From Protoeuglena noctilucae (lineage: Eukaryota): a DNA stretch of 64,000 nucleotides. Made by a program: the position numbers and the translations under genes. Shown here piece by piece: positions 13,052 to 25,763 of the stretch. Below the pieces are notes generated by a model. That model worked only from the letters and a program-made list of their open reading frames with translations, was not told the origin of the DNA and did no database searches. Where the stretch lies: NCBI GenBank assembly GCA_958009085.1, contig OY253668.1:434001-498000 (forward strand), read 5' to 3'. Each line of letters opens with the position of its first letter. The stretch's first letter is position 1.

Positions 13052-13819
13052 TCACGCCTTGCCATCCTCATCATTGTCTTCGCTGACTGGGGGCAGGGAT
13101 GGGACTTGTTGGGGTTTGCATGCCAGCCTCGCACGCCACACAGCACAGCACCGCCTCCTGCAGAGCTCTATGTCACCTGCAAAGAGGGACCCCTTGAACC
13201 CAAACTGCTTCAGCAGCCCCTCCGCCTTCTCCAGCTGCTCCCGCTCCAGCTCCCCCAAGGTATCCAGCTCGTCGCATGCCGCGCTGACCGCCTTGCCCAG
13301 CCTGTGCGCACATCGTGGGTCATCTGAGCGCCTGCTAAGCGCCACCCTTGCGTAACTGTTTGAAGAACACAATGCTTCAATAAATCACCTAGTTCTGGGA
13401 TTGATGGCGTCCTCATAGGTCCCCGGAATCTCCTCGTCTTCCTCAGGAAGCAGGAAGGGCTCCCCATCCTCATCCAGGGGCACGTCCCGCGGGCCCGACC
13501 AGGCGACGAGCACACGTTCTGCCCGCCTGCAACGACGCCCCGCCAATGGACGCGCCTTCAGGGCCGTCGGCACCGCCTGCTTGCACGGAGAGACGGACCA
13601 GAGTGGGCGGTTGCAAACTGATTTAGTTGACTATCTCGGTCGAGCGATTGGCACACAGTGGCTCTTGAGCCAGGCGCGTGGATCCAGACAGGCGCCGTGC
13701 TGGCGCGGACGGCACGATAACACGGCAGCCCGCACCTGGCGTCCGCCCACCACCTTGGGCCCCCCGGCTGGAGGCGGGCACAGCCGCGCTGCGCCCCAAT
13801 ACGCAAATGCTATCCCCAT
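13052..13819 (-). CDS. Small hypothetical protein, possibly organelle-targeted (4 exons)
   Basis: Phase-consistent GT-AG exons: MGIAFAYWG... | AVPTALKARPLAGRRCRRA...YEDAINPRT | RLGKAVSAACDELDTLGELEREQLEKAEGLLKQFGFKGSLFA | VSEDNDEDGKA*. The N-terminus is R/A-rich and transit-peptide-like. Confidence 0.55.
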
Positions 13820-14403
13820 GAGCGAGCGCGATGACCCCGAGCCCTGTGAGAACCCACTTCTATCCCAAAAGCTGCACACAGACCCTGACAGCGAGCGGCG
13901 AAGCACACGTGTGCGTGTCTGTCACAATGCACTCGCGCTGGAACATGCACGAACTGCATCTGGTCTGTTTCTTCGCCCCGTCAGTCAGTTCAAGTCTTCT
14001 GACGCCGCCGACGTGCCCTCCCGGCGCGTCCTGAACCGACCCGCGTGCCAGCCCGGCGTCCAAATTCGCGCCACTGTCGGCGCGTCTAGACTCTGCCGAA
14101 GGAGAGGCCATCGGGTCGCGCGCCTGTCGTTCGGCATGTTGGCATCCGGCCATTCCTCTTAGCGCTGAACGGGAGCGGCAGCCATTGCGCAGACACCATG
14201 GGCGGCCCTGCAAATACCACAGTGCGGGAGCGGGAGCTCGTCGAGCCTCTGCATGTCGTCCCTGCGGCGCCTGGTAAGTTGCACCGCCTGCGTCGCTTCT
14301 CATGCGCCGCTCATGTCCTCTGATGCCTCTCGCCGTCGCCCTTCCCTTTTGCTTATGAAACAGAGCGTCGAAGGATGCCTACGGTGACGCCAGACTCAGG
14401 GCG

Positions 14404-17400
14404 ATGCCACCTCCTGCACCCGCAGCAATGCCGCACCCATTCCACGCGGCCGAGGAGCGGCGCCGCGCGGGCCGCGGTGACGATTGGCAGAGAACCGTGC
14501 GAGACCCCCCCGGGGACATGGCCGAGCCTCCGGAGTCCCTCCGCGGGCGCGTGTTGACGGCGGAGCAGGAGTTTGTCCTGTCGCAGTTCCGGCCCTACCG
14601 CCCGGGAAGCCCCGGCGACGTCGCTCTGTCCGAGGGGGAACCCGCAAACGACTCTCTGGCACAAGCGACGTCGATATCCCACGCGCAGGCCATGGACATC
14701 CCGCTGTCGCTGCTGGCACGCCCCGGCTTCCCGCTGTCGTACTTTGCGGGCCGCGGGGAGGCGGCCGTGCGCCGCAACATGACGCAGCTGTCGGCCAAGA
14801 TGCGCCTCATCAACGACTCCGTCCGCGGGCTCCTCGCCGACGCGCGATCCCACGCGGCCACCATGTCACGGGCCGACTACGCGGCAGTGGACGCCATCTC
14901 GGCCATCCTCGATCGCACTCAGGGCGTCTTCCCGCGCCCGAAGGAGCTGCGCGAGGGGTCTGAGGCNNNNNNNNNNNNNNNNNNNNNNNNNNNNNNNNNN
15001 NNNNNNNNNNNNNNNNNNNNNNNNNNNNNNNNNNNNNNNNNNNNNNNNNNNNNNNNNNNNNNNNNNNNNNNNNNNNNNNNNNNNNNNNNNNNNNNNNNNN
15101 NNNNNNNNNNNNNNNNNNNNNNNNNNNNNNNNNNNNNNNNNNNNNNNNNNNNNNNNNNNNNNNNNNGGGACGCGCAGCTGGGGGACCTCAAGGGCAAGCA
15201 CGAGGCTTTGCAGGAGGAGGCAGAAGGGTTAAAGGTGTCCCTGGAGGCGCGCAAGAGGGAACTTGAGGCCGTGAGGAAGGACCTGGAGTTCTCGCGGGGC
15301 AGGTGCAAGGAGTTGGAGGACGTCCGAGACAAGCAGGCGAAAGCCCTGGACGACCGCTCGGGGGAGTTTGAGGTGAGCGGGTGGTGGAGGTGCATGGGCG
15401 TGAACGAAGTCACAAGTGCGCGTGTCGCTGGCGGGGCCTTACAGTGGACTTGCGTCGCAGCGTGCCGGCATGTCATGCGTAGTTTAAACTGGCAGAACCG
15501 CCCCCGGTGCTTTTCTACTCCCCGCAGAGTCTGCAGCAGCAGGTGTCGGCGGCCGAGGCGGCCCGGCTGCAGATGGAGCAGATGCTGGCGACGGCGCGGC
15601 TGGGCATCGAGAAGCAGCGTGCGGAGTGGGAGCTGGCGCGGCTGGCGGCGGCGGAGCGGGTGCTGGAGCTGGAGGTGAAGGTGGAGCGGGGCGAGAGCGA
15701 GCTGGTGCGGCTGCAGGGGGTGCGGCGGGGCCTGGAGGCCTCGGTGGAGGCGATGAAGGAAGCTCGGAGGAAGGCAGAGGACCGGGTGCTGGAGCTGGAG
15801 GCGGACCGCGAGGAGATGAAGGGCGTCCTGGAGGACGTGGGGACGCTCATGAAGCGGGTCGCGGGGGGGCGCGAGTCGGTGCAGCGGGCGGCGCGGATGC
15901 TCGACAAGGACTGGGACGTGCTGGGGAAGCTCGGGCGCATGCAACAGACGCTGGTGAGCGCGGGGAGCGGCGGGGTGCAGAGTGGAGGTGGCGCTGGGCG
16001 CAGGGGCCGGGAGCCATGCCCTTGGGACATGATTGGGCGCCCCGCTTGTACTATACACCCGTCACCGGCATTGTTCCATTCACCCCGCAGGCTGCCGTGA
16101 TGGACAGTCTTCAGTTCCAGGGCCAGTCGATCGAGTCTCTGCGCGAGCAGCTGGGCGAGTGGAAGGAGCGCGCCGAGTTGATCCAGAAGGACCGCGACGA
16201 GATGGTCAACACGGTGCTGGACGCCAAGACGCTGATGGAGCGTGCGGTGGCCGACGCGCGGCAGGCGGAGAAGATCAAGGAGGACGCGGTGGCGGAGCTG
16301 TCGGCCCAGGTTCACCAGGTGCAGTCATACCAAGTCGAGAACGAGCAGATGGAGAAGGTGATATCGGATCTGCGGAGCAAGATAGCGCTGCAGCTGGAGC
16401 GGGACGCGGACCGGATGGCGCGGTTGGAGCGGTACGAGCGCATGGAGCGGGACATGAACCGGCTGCTGGGGGTGAAGGAGGAGGCGGACATCACGGTCGA
16501 CGCGACCATGCACAGCCTCAACCAGGCACTCGCGGAGCTCGACGCCAAGACCCAGGAGGCGCTGCGGTACCAGGTGAGGCTTGGGTGATGAGCCAAACGA
16601 GCGCGCGAAGGACGTGGGTGCAGCTCGGCCCTCCTAGCGACGGTTGTGGCTGCGGCTGGGCACGCTGGGACCCTCTGTGTCGTGCCCGCGCCATGGCGGT
16701 GTTCTGAGCGCATGGCGTCGCTCCTGGGCACGCAGGGCACGATTACGTCCCTCCAGAAGGAGAACGCCGAGGTGCACGACGAGTTGCGTGCGACCAAGGC
16801 CGACGTCTTCCGTTTGACCATGGAGGTCGAGAGGCTGAACAAGGAGCTGGCGCCGCTCTACGTGCAGCAGGAGAACGAGCGGGCGGCAGCCGCGGCGCTG
16901 CTCGTGCGCAACTCCTTTTTGGAAGAGGCGCTGCGGCGGGGGCAGCGCGCGCTGCGGACGTCGCAGTTCCTCGTGTCGCAGCTCGGCGCGCCCCCGACCA
17001 TGGAGGCCGTGGTGCCGACCGAGGCGCTGGACGCACCGCGGGGCGGGCCGCGCGTGCGGGTGCCCGAGGTGGTGCCCCACCGGCCGCGGCCCTTCCCCGC
17101 CGCCGACGCTTCGCGTCCTGCCGGCGACGAGCCCTCGCGGGCGCCCGTCGGGGCGCTGCCTCTCCGGGGCATGGAGAACGTCGACCGGGTGGTGGGGGCG
17201 GCCATGGAGATGGGGCTCACGGCCGGGGCTGCCCCGGGAGACCGTATGGTGCTCTTCACGGACTACGTGGCCGGGGGTGGTGGCACGGGGGCGGAGAAGC
17301 GGCCGTCCACCGCGGGGCTGCGTGGCCACGACGCCATCGCCATCCCGGGGCTGCCGGCTGCGGACAGTCGGCCTGGCAGCAGCCGCGGCGGCGGGGCGCA

Positions 17401-19606
17401 GTCCGGGGATGCGACGCCGCAGAGGCCCGCGACGCCGCCCCGGGCTGCCCCAGCGGCCGCCGCGCCGTCGCGGACGCCGCCCCGCACCCCCGAGACGCGC
17501 GCCTCCCCGATGCCGACCGTCCCAGAGGACCGCGCCTCCCCCGCCGGGTCGACGTCGTCCGTGTTCCAGCCGCCCATGCCGGGGCTGTTTCTGGTGGCAG
17601 ACGCGCCCCGGCCTGGGACGACGGGCTCGCTGGATCGGCAGAGCCGGCGGCCGGGGACGTCAGAGAGCGGGCGGGTGTCGCAGGCGGGCCTGCCCTTGAC
17701 GCGCGAGCGTCGGGTGCGTGAGATCCGCCGGCACCTGGAGGAGCTCGGGGAGGTCCCCGCGGAGATTGAGGAGTTGGTGCGGCCGCCGCCGCGCGTGATC
17801 CACAGCGTGGCGGACCTGGTGGAGCTGGAGGTGGACGTGGCGATGGCGCAGACGGAGCGCGAGGCGGCGCTTCTTGCGGCAGAGAAGGTCCGGGCGGTGA
17901 TGGCCGGGCACGTGCGGGTGTACCTGGACGAGGCGCAGATGCGGTGGGTGATGGACGAGGCGGGCGCGGACCCCTCCGTGATGGACCCCGACCCGAAGGC
18001 CCGGGCGTCAACGGACCGGCTGGTGGACGAGGCCGGGCGGGAGCTGGTGCGGAAGGACCAGGCGGACGCGGTGGTGCGGGAGCTGCGGGCGCGCATCTTC
18101 TGGATCCGCGCGTCGATGGGCGTCGTGGCGGACTTTTCTCGCGCTCTGCGCAAGCGCATCGAGGGTCTGGAGAAGGACAATCTCGAGTTGGTGGTGATGC
18201 TGGACCGGACCAAGGTGGAGATGATGGAGCTGCTGATCGCGCAGCAGAAGCGGTGGCACCACCGGAGCCAGGGCATCATGGAGGACCGGCAGCGGGAGGT
18301 GGCCGAGGTCCGGCAGGCGCTGCACGCGCTGCGGGTGGAGGCGGCCGAGCTGCAGAACACGGCCAAGAAGGCCGCGGCCAACCTGGCGCTGCGGGACACC
18401 TTCCTGGCGGGCGTGGCGCGGGTGGAGGCCAACCGCCGCACGGCCGATTGCCAGGCGGGGGCGTCGTCGGGCGGAGAGGCCCGGGCCTTCCTGGCCAGTC
18501 TGGGCCCCAGGCGCAACGCCGTCCACATCATGTCCCCTTAGGAGACGCTGCGATTCGTGGTCATGATATTCTCGCACCGCTCCGACGTCGTCAACTCGGC
18601 CACGGGCACCAGCAAGCACAGCCTGATGGTGAGCGGCTATGAGGGTGCCGGGGTCCCTGGTTTCTGTTTCTTTGCGGCCATCGACAGCCTGGTAGCTTTG
18701 TGACCTCTCTCTCAGCCATTGCTCACGCCTTTGCTGCGCCACATGCGTCGCGGTCCCTCCCCAATGCACAACGTTGCTCACAGCGCAGCGTTCGCTTGCA
18801 AACAACCCTCGTCGTCGTCGTGCCTGCAGGACGAGGTGATGGACCAGCCCATGTTTGACACGGTGGTCGAGTTCATTCTGACGCTGGACCTGGAGGCCGG
18901 GGTGGTCATGCAGGGTGCCTCCGGGTACCTGGCGCAGATCCTCGCCTCGGCAGAGGAGAATTGGGAGTCGCACACGGGCGTGCGTCTGTTCGCGCGCCTG
19001 GCCGGGGTGCACCCCGAGAAGGAGCGCTGGCTGCCCGTCAAGGGGTGGACGGTGGTCGCGCAGGTGCTGGTGGCGCTGCGGAGGCTCTTGGGCATCAAGT
19101 GGCGGCTGCTGTCCAAGGAGTGGCTCAAGGGCCGGGCGATCGTCTCGGAGCAGCTCGTCCGCGACCTGGTGGGGAACCTGTACAACACGGACGCCGTCGA
19201 CGCCCTGGAGGCGTGGGGCTCGGTGTTCCAGCCGCGCCTCACCGCGCACAACGGCGCCGACGGGGAGTCGCGCGCCATGGCCGTCGACGACCTGCTCGAG
19301 GCGTTTGCGGACCGCTGGCACTCCGGGGACTGCCCGCGGCCTCCCGTGCTCTTCCCTCGCCGCGTGGCGGCGGGAGACGGGGGCGACAGTGCCGACTTGG
19401 TGGTCAAGAAAGGGGACCCGCGGGTGGTCACGGGGATCCGCGGCATGGACGGGGGCAAGGGCGGGCGGAACACGCGGGGTAAGGACGCCTCGGCGAGCGA
19501 GGAGGAGGCGGAGGAGGACCTCAGCTGGAACCCCAGGGGTCTCGCGGCCGTGCGTGCCTCGGCCAAGGCGGACGTGGCGTCAGAGACCTCGGAGTCCACC
19601 CGGTGA
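14404..19606 (+). CDS. Large coiled-coil protein (spans assembly gap; apparent in-frame TAG at 18539-18541)
   Basis: Long E/R/L/A-rich heptad exons at 15170-18540, a Pro-rich central region, and a helical C-terminal domain (FDTVVEFILTL...HTGVRLFARLAG). Linkage across the N gap is assumed. Confidence 0.6.
14967..15166. other. Assembly gap (200 N)
   Basis: Run of N characters. Confidence 1.
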
Positions 19607-20071
19607 GGACCGTGGCGTGGTGATCAGTGGTGGCATTGATGAGCTCAGTGAAGGCGGCGCATGTGTCTTTGCGTAGACATGCCTGGGACACCGGCATGGT
19701 TGGCGCGGGGAGTGCTGGCGCCGGCTCGTCGTGCGGGGTTCGAGCAATGAGCCCCGAGCGTGTGCTTGCAGGGCACGCGTCGGACTGGGCGAAGTGCTCA
19801 AGATGGGCAGCAGCAAGCGGTCCATCCAAGGAGGCCCCAGCGTCGGGCGGCAGCGCAACACCTCGTCGATGCGATCCGTGGAGCCTTGAGCACTCTTGAG
19901 CACACTCGTGCGAGATTCATGCCATGCTGTACACTCCTCGACCGCACTCTAGCCCACCCTATCGTATCCGTGACTTTGCTAGGAACCGCGTGCTTCTAAC
20001 CCATAGCCCACCGTGTGCATTGTCAAGCATGGAAATCGCGATCACACGTGGGATGGTCAACCGCATGCTCG

Positions 20072-21832
20072 TCACGTCCCCGGTTCGGAACCCCCTGGGA
20101 ACCGCATCAAATCGCTCGCATCGCCTTGGAAGTAATACTTGGCAGCCGCCTTCATCCGCTCGTGCTTATCTGCAGACACCACCGCTTGACACCATTGTTT
20201 GGTGTGACAAAGACGTACTGACACACACGACATAGCAAGCTGGCAACACATGGCCACCCTGGCTGCTCTTGATTCACTGCCCACACTTGAGACGGACATC
20301 TGTCTCGGTGCGGTCACCTGGGTGGTAGTTCATGTGTATCATGGCTGGCTTGGGCTGTTGCGACCGCGGCAGGTGCCTGACGGTCTTGAAGAGGCGCTTG
20401 GAGTTCATGAACACGTCGATCTCCATCACCCGCACCGTGGCACGCGGGCTCACGTAGTCCCCATGACTCATGAAGAACAGCTCCTCGTTGTAAACCGTCT
20501 GATCCCAGTATTTCTCCTTCTCCAGCCTTGCAGCGCAACGGCGCATCAAGTCCAGCGACGCGGCCGTCGGGCTGCGTGGCAAGACAGGGGCGACACGTGG
20601 CGGGGTGGGTGCAGTGATGGCGCTACCCATCAGACCTACAGTTGGCTGGCTGAGGAGGGCGGATCAAGCAAGAGGACTTCCAGACCACCCATGAGACAGC
20701 TGGGCACTCGCCTGAGATAGAAGAGGCCGGAGTTCATGGCGAAACGCTTGTAAATTTGTCCGTACCGCGCCCAGCCCATGCTGGGATCGTCAAAGCCGTC
20801 AATCATCCCGTACGCCCAGCGATCGTCGAATCCGTCCGACATGCCCTCCACGTCGTGATCGCGGCGCAGGAAAGGGAAGGGGTCCTGGACGGTGAGCACG
20901 TCCACGTCACTCAGCAGCACGCCCCAGCCAAGCTCCAGGAAGTCCGCGATGATGGCGAACTTGGCTGCAGGCGGAGGCGGGGACGGAGAGGAGAGATGAG
21001 TCGCGTCAGCATAAGCCACGGTAAGCACATATGAGCCGAGTGCTGGCTAGAGGTAGCAACACTAGGCCCGGGCACCACACGCGCTCGCACCTGCGGAGAT
21101 GGCGTGGTTGTCGCCCGTGTTGTCCTGCGCCTTGGGAGGGCGTGTCGTGCGGTTCCAGCAGTGCGTCTTGGTCTCCCTGCACCACCTCTGGATGTCGCCA
21201 TCGATGGCCACAATGGCGTAGTTGTCGACGCGGGCACGCTTGACGGCATCGAGCCATGTCAGGAGCATCCCGTTGAGGATGGGTGTGTTGTTGCTGATAG
21301 CCACGAGGACATCTCCCTGCACGGCGCGATAGAGTTGCATGGAGGCCCGTTGTGCAAGGGACAAGCCTGCAGCCGACAACAGCGCAGCAGCAGCCCGCTC
21401 ACGGAGGGTGCGACCTGCTGCAACAGGGAATGCAGCTCGCGGAGACGCTCGGGGACGGCATCCGTCGACGTAGGCTTTGTAAGAGGCACGCACGAGGGGC
21501 GATTGCCCAACGGTGGGACCTGGTTGACCTGGTGGAGGATGGGCTGCGAGTCGAGCGCCGTGCAGGTCGGGCAGTTGTCGGATACCACGCGAATCGCATC
21601 CCGCACGTTACGCTCGTGTCTCAAGACAGCCAGGTGCGCTGCGAGGGGCGGAGGAGCCGGCTTTTGGCGGCAACGCTGCATGCAATGGGAGATGCGCACC
21701 CTCTGTGCATGCCCAGCTGCAGGGACGTCGCGGCGGATCACCTACAAAGGCCCAAAGCGCAATACCCAGCACGAAGACGATCGTGATGGCCCGCTTGCGC
21801 CCCGCATAGTCGCTATCCTCGTGCTCCTTCAT
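20072..21832 (-). CDS. RRA: GT77 nucleotide-diphospho-sugar transferase, RRA-type extensin arabinosyltransferase
   Basis: Type II TM (ITIVFVLGIALWAFV), DxD motif (VLLSDVDVL), DVEGMSDGFD...AYG, MNSGLFYL, WDQTVYNEELF, MNSKRLFKTVR, HMNYHP|DKHERMKA...FPGGS. Confidence 0.88.
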
Positions 21833-22287
21833 GAGGGCGCCCAAGCAGGGCCCGCACTAAAAGGGCTGCATGCCCAGACACCCCAGCGCTGCAAGGGCAC
21901 CGAGCTGCTGCTGAGCTTGGGGCTATGAACGACTAAGAGCGCCGGGTTCCTCGGCTGTCTGGCACGTGAGCGTCAGAGCTCGGCGTTTCGCCGTATCCGT
22001 GCGCTCTCTGAGCGCAGGAGACAAACTGAGGGCGCAGTGGAGTTCAGGTTCGCACCCTTGTCGCGTTCACTGTGCAAATATTGGTTTGTAGGTGGCACAA
22101 GCGCCCATTCCCCACTTCAAGGCTCTGTTCCGTGCGGGAAAGCCAAGGCTTGGAACTATTATTGTTGACGGCAGGGTTCCCTGCGTCTAGGCGACCTTGG
22201 CGTGTCCAAGGGAGCCCAGGCAGGCCGTCGAGCGCTGCCTGGGCCCCGTGAGCCCGCGTTTGGCTCGAGGAAGGAAGCTGGGACACC

Positions 22288-25200
22288 ATGGCGATGGTTT
22301 ATTGCCCTCGCTGCAAGACGGAGACGGAAGCTGACCTTTATGAGGCGGGCGGCTTCTCCGCCTGCACCCGGTGCGGGATGCTGCTGGAGGACAACACCTT
22401 CTCCACGGATCCGACTTTTGCCAAGGTGACCATGCTCCCTATCACCCGTTCGTTCTAACGACCCTGCGGTGTCGCTGCGGGCGGCGGCCTCGCGCGGCGC
22501 GCGTCGTCATCGGCCAACCGAGGATTGTTGTCGCACACAGGGTGCGGACGGGGAGTCGGAGATGGTGGGCAACTTCGTCTCTGAGACGGGAGTCGTTCGA
22601 GGCGTCGCGCGGGTCTACGGCCGCGGCCTGAGGATGGGCAGTCGGGGAGACTCACACGAAAAGGTTGGCTGCAGTGCGGTGCCCGTGCGCGGCGTGCGGC
22701 GCGCAGTCCCCTCACACCCAAACCCCCGACTTCCTCATCTTCAGACGCTTCTCCGTGCGCGAGACAACATCGCGGAGCTCGTCGACCGCATGGGAGTGCG
22801 CCCGCGGGACGACACGATCGCGCAAGCCCACCGCATCTACAAGATTGCCCTCGAGGGGAACTTCACGCGCGGCAGGAAGGCGGAGCAGGTGCGCTACGCC
22901 GTGCCTGCATCCACAGTGTTGCCCAGGCTGTGCCAGGCGTGCGACACAGTGGCACTCAAGACGCAGCTCCCTCTGCCCCTTGACGAGGCGACGAGGGCGC
23001 AACACGGGCTCTCCCCCGCAGGTGTCGGCCGTCTGTATCTACATCGTGTGCCGGCAGGACGACAAGCCGTTCATGCTGATCGACTTTGCGGACCAGACCG
23101 GCGTCGATGTGTACCGTCTCGGTGCCGTGTTTTTGGAGCTGATCAAGCGGCTGCGGCTGGAGCACCACCCCGCCATCTCGCGGCCCATGGACCCTTCCCT
23201 GTACATTCACCGGTGCGTCTCCGACAGCCGCGCCGGCGGGTGCTGTTGTGGCAGCAGAGCCCAAGCACACACAGGGAAGACCCCAATCGCCATCCCTTCT
23301 TCCGCTCAATTTCAGGTTTGCGGACCGCCTCCGCTTGGGCCGCGGGATGCATGCCGTCGCGGCCACCGCCCTCCGCCTCGTGTCCTCGATGAAGCGCGAC
23401 TGGATTCAAACGGGCAGGCGCCCGGCGGGGGTGTGCGGCGCCGCGCTCTACCTCGCGGCCCGCATGCACGGGCACAAGGTCACGAAGCGGGAGATTCTGG
23501 CGCTGCTGCACGTGGGCGAGACCACGGTGGACAAGCGGCTAGGGGAGTTCGCTGCCACGGAGGCGGGCAGCCTGACGCCCGAGGAGTTCATCGAGCACTC
23601 GCAGATGGAGGAGGCGGAGGCGCGGAAGCTGCTTGAAGCGCCGCCGAAGCCGGTGAGCTGCGCGGCAAGGGAGGGCACCACACATGCATGCATGCCGCGG
23701 GGGCCGTCCCGGCTGTCTGACAGGTCCAGGGCGCCTGCGTTTGCAGATTCCGCTGCCCGAGTCCGGTGGCTGCGAGCACATCCAGGCGGGGGAGGCGCAG
23801 TTCAGCATCGGACTGTGCCGCGCGTGCTACAACGCGTACATTGCCCTCTCGGGGGGCCACCAGCTGCGCGCGCGCGACCCCGTGGCGTTCTCCGCCGCCC
23901 GGAACATCGCAGGACTGCTGGTGAGCCTGGATGCCAGCTCCTCTGCCCCAGCGCCGTCCTGCCTCACGCGCAAAGCCACCTGCCGACCCCCGCCACGGCG
24001 CATCCGCCTCCACCACTCCCATGCTCTCTTCGCTGATTCCCCAGGAGGCGCCCGGGCCCGACAGGGACGCGGAGGGCGTCGAGAACGACCGCGAGGACCG
24101 CGTGGAGATGGACCGAGCGATTGGGGAGATGGTACAGGCGTTGCCGGGGAGGAGTGGGAACGAGGACTCGAACGGGGAGAGCCCTGCGGCGACGGCCTCG
24201 CCCCGATCAGGGCCCGCGGACGGCCGGGGCGCGGGTGCGGGTGCGGAGTTGCCCGAGCGGGGCGAGCCTCGCTCTGGGTCGCAAAGCCCCGCACCTTCGC
24301 GGTCAAACGCCCTGGCCAAGCTCTCCGCGACGGCGCGGCTGCTGGTGGAGCAGCGGGCGGCTGCCGAGGCGGAGGCGGCGCGTCGCCGCGCCCGGCGCAT
24401 CGAGGAGGTGCGGGCGTCGGTGCTCCTGTGGCAGCGGCGGGCGGCGGTGGAGGGCCAGGGCGGAGATGCGGGGAACGGCGGGGATGGCGAGGCGGGCGGG
24501 CGTGACGGGGGCTCCGACTCCGACGATGGCCTGGCGGACGTCCCTGTGGAGGCCGTCATGCATATGCTTCACACGGAGGAGGAGGCGGAGGTGAAGGGGG
24601 AGCTCTGGATCGAGTTGAACCACGAGTGGATGGAGCAGGAGGCCCGTAAGAAGGCGGACGGGGCGGGGAGGGAGGCGGGCGTGGCGCGGAAGGGGCGAGG
24701 GAGGCCGCGCGCCAAGGCGGCGGCGGCGGAGCAGCCGGAGCCGGAGCAGACGCCCGAGGCCGCGGCGATGCGGGCGCTCGAGTCGGGGCGCCTCAGCAGT
24801 AAGGTCAACTACGACGCTCTGTCAGAGCTCTTTGGGTCCATGACGCCTGTGGAGGGGCAGACGGCGGACCAGGGGGCGGCGGCGGGGGTCGACGGGGGCG
24901 CGCTCGCGTCGGGAGCTGCGTCTTCGATGGATAAGGTGCGTCTGCTGTGTGGCTGGCTCAACACCCAAGGCGCCACTGGGTGGACCCGACGTGCCACGTC
25001 TGTGCCCTCTGCAGGGGGCGGAGGTCGCGGGAGTCGCGCACCGGCCGAGCCTAGAAGAGCGGCCCAGGAAGCAGAGCCGCCTCTCCCGTGTCACGCTCGC
25101 CGACGACCTGCTGCCGTCCGGGGCGGATGCGCGGAACGACGCGACGGGGGCGGCGCCAGCGGCCCCCGAAGCGTCCCGCGCCCCCGCCGAGGAGTCGCGG

Positions 25201-25308
25201 CGTTTCCGTGTGGATGCGTTGGACACGGGCATCGGTGTGCTGGGGACCGGCACCTCCGCCGGACGGCAGCGCAGCACGTTGTTCCGGCCCAGCAAGGCAC
25301 GACGGTGA
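22288..25308 (+). CDS. BRF1: TFIIIB subunit BRF1 (TFIIB-related factor)
   Basis: Zn ribbon YCPRC...CTRCGMLLED. Cyclin folds (NFTRGRK, MLIDFAD, DPSLYIHRFADRL, MKRDWIQTGRRPAGVCGAALYLAARMHG). C-terminal LHTEEEAEVKGELWIELNHEW and LSSKVNYDAL. Confidence 0.95.
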
Positions 25309-25763
25309 CGCGAGCCCGGGCCCTGCCGCGTCGCGAGTCTTGCAACGGGCAAGTGGTATCCGGGAGCTCAGCCGCGCCCGGCCGCTGCGCCGGTTGGGGA
25401 TGCCAATCGTTAGGGCAACCCTGTCGGAGGACCGCTTGCTCTCGTGAGTCCACGCCATCGCTCCATCTGGCCAGATCTGCATTCTGCGGATGAGTTGTAG
25501 TGCTCTCCCCTGCGCATTCGCCATCTTAGGCCCGCCCGTGTCGCTCGGACGATCAGAGGCCTGAACCGTCTTTAGCCGCCGCCCGCCCCCGGCAGGAGCG
25601 CTGGCTGTTTGCATCTGTTTGCGTGGGCTTCTTCGCATCGGAATTAAACTGCGCAAGTGCATTTCTCGGGCAATCCGTCGCTCCGCGGCCACTTTCGACG
25701 TGGGGCCAGCTGGGTGGCCTAGCCCCCGCGCACACCGCGCACATCGGCGCTGCGGGCCCGATC

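Noticed and set aside
18539..18541. Genome-wide TAG-to-Gln reassignment (as in some ulvophytes)
   Set aside because: TAG serves as a terminator in UBLCP1, Ku80, MFS and E-Syt. Read-through of UBLCP1, Ku80 or MFS would run into neighbouring genes. I noticed no in-frame TAG or TAA in the conserved exons.
22028..22062. A-box/B-box-like motifs (GGGCGCAGTGG...GGTTCGCACCC) upstream of BRF1, suggesting a tRNA or Pol III element
   Set aside because: The boxes are only a few nt apart and no cloverleaf can be folded.
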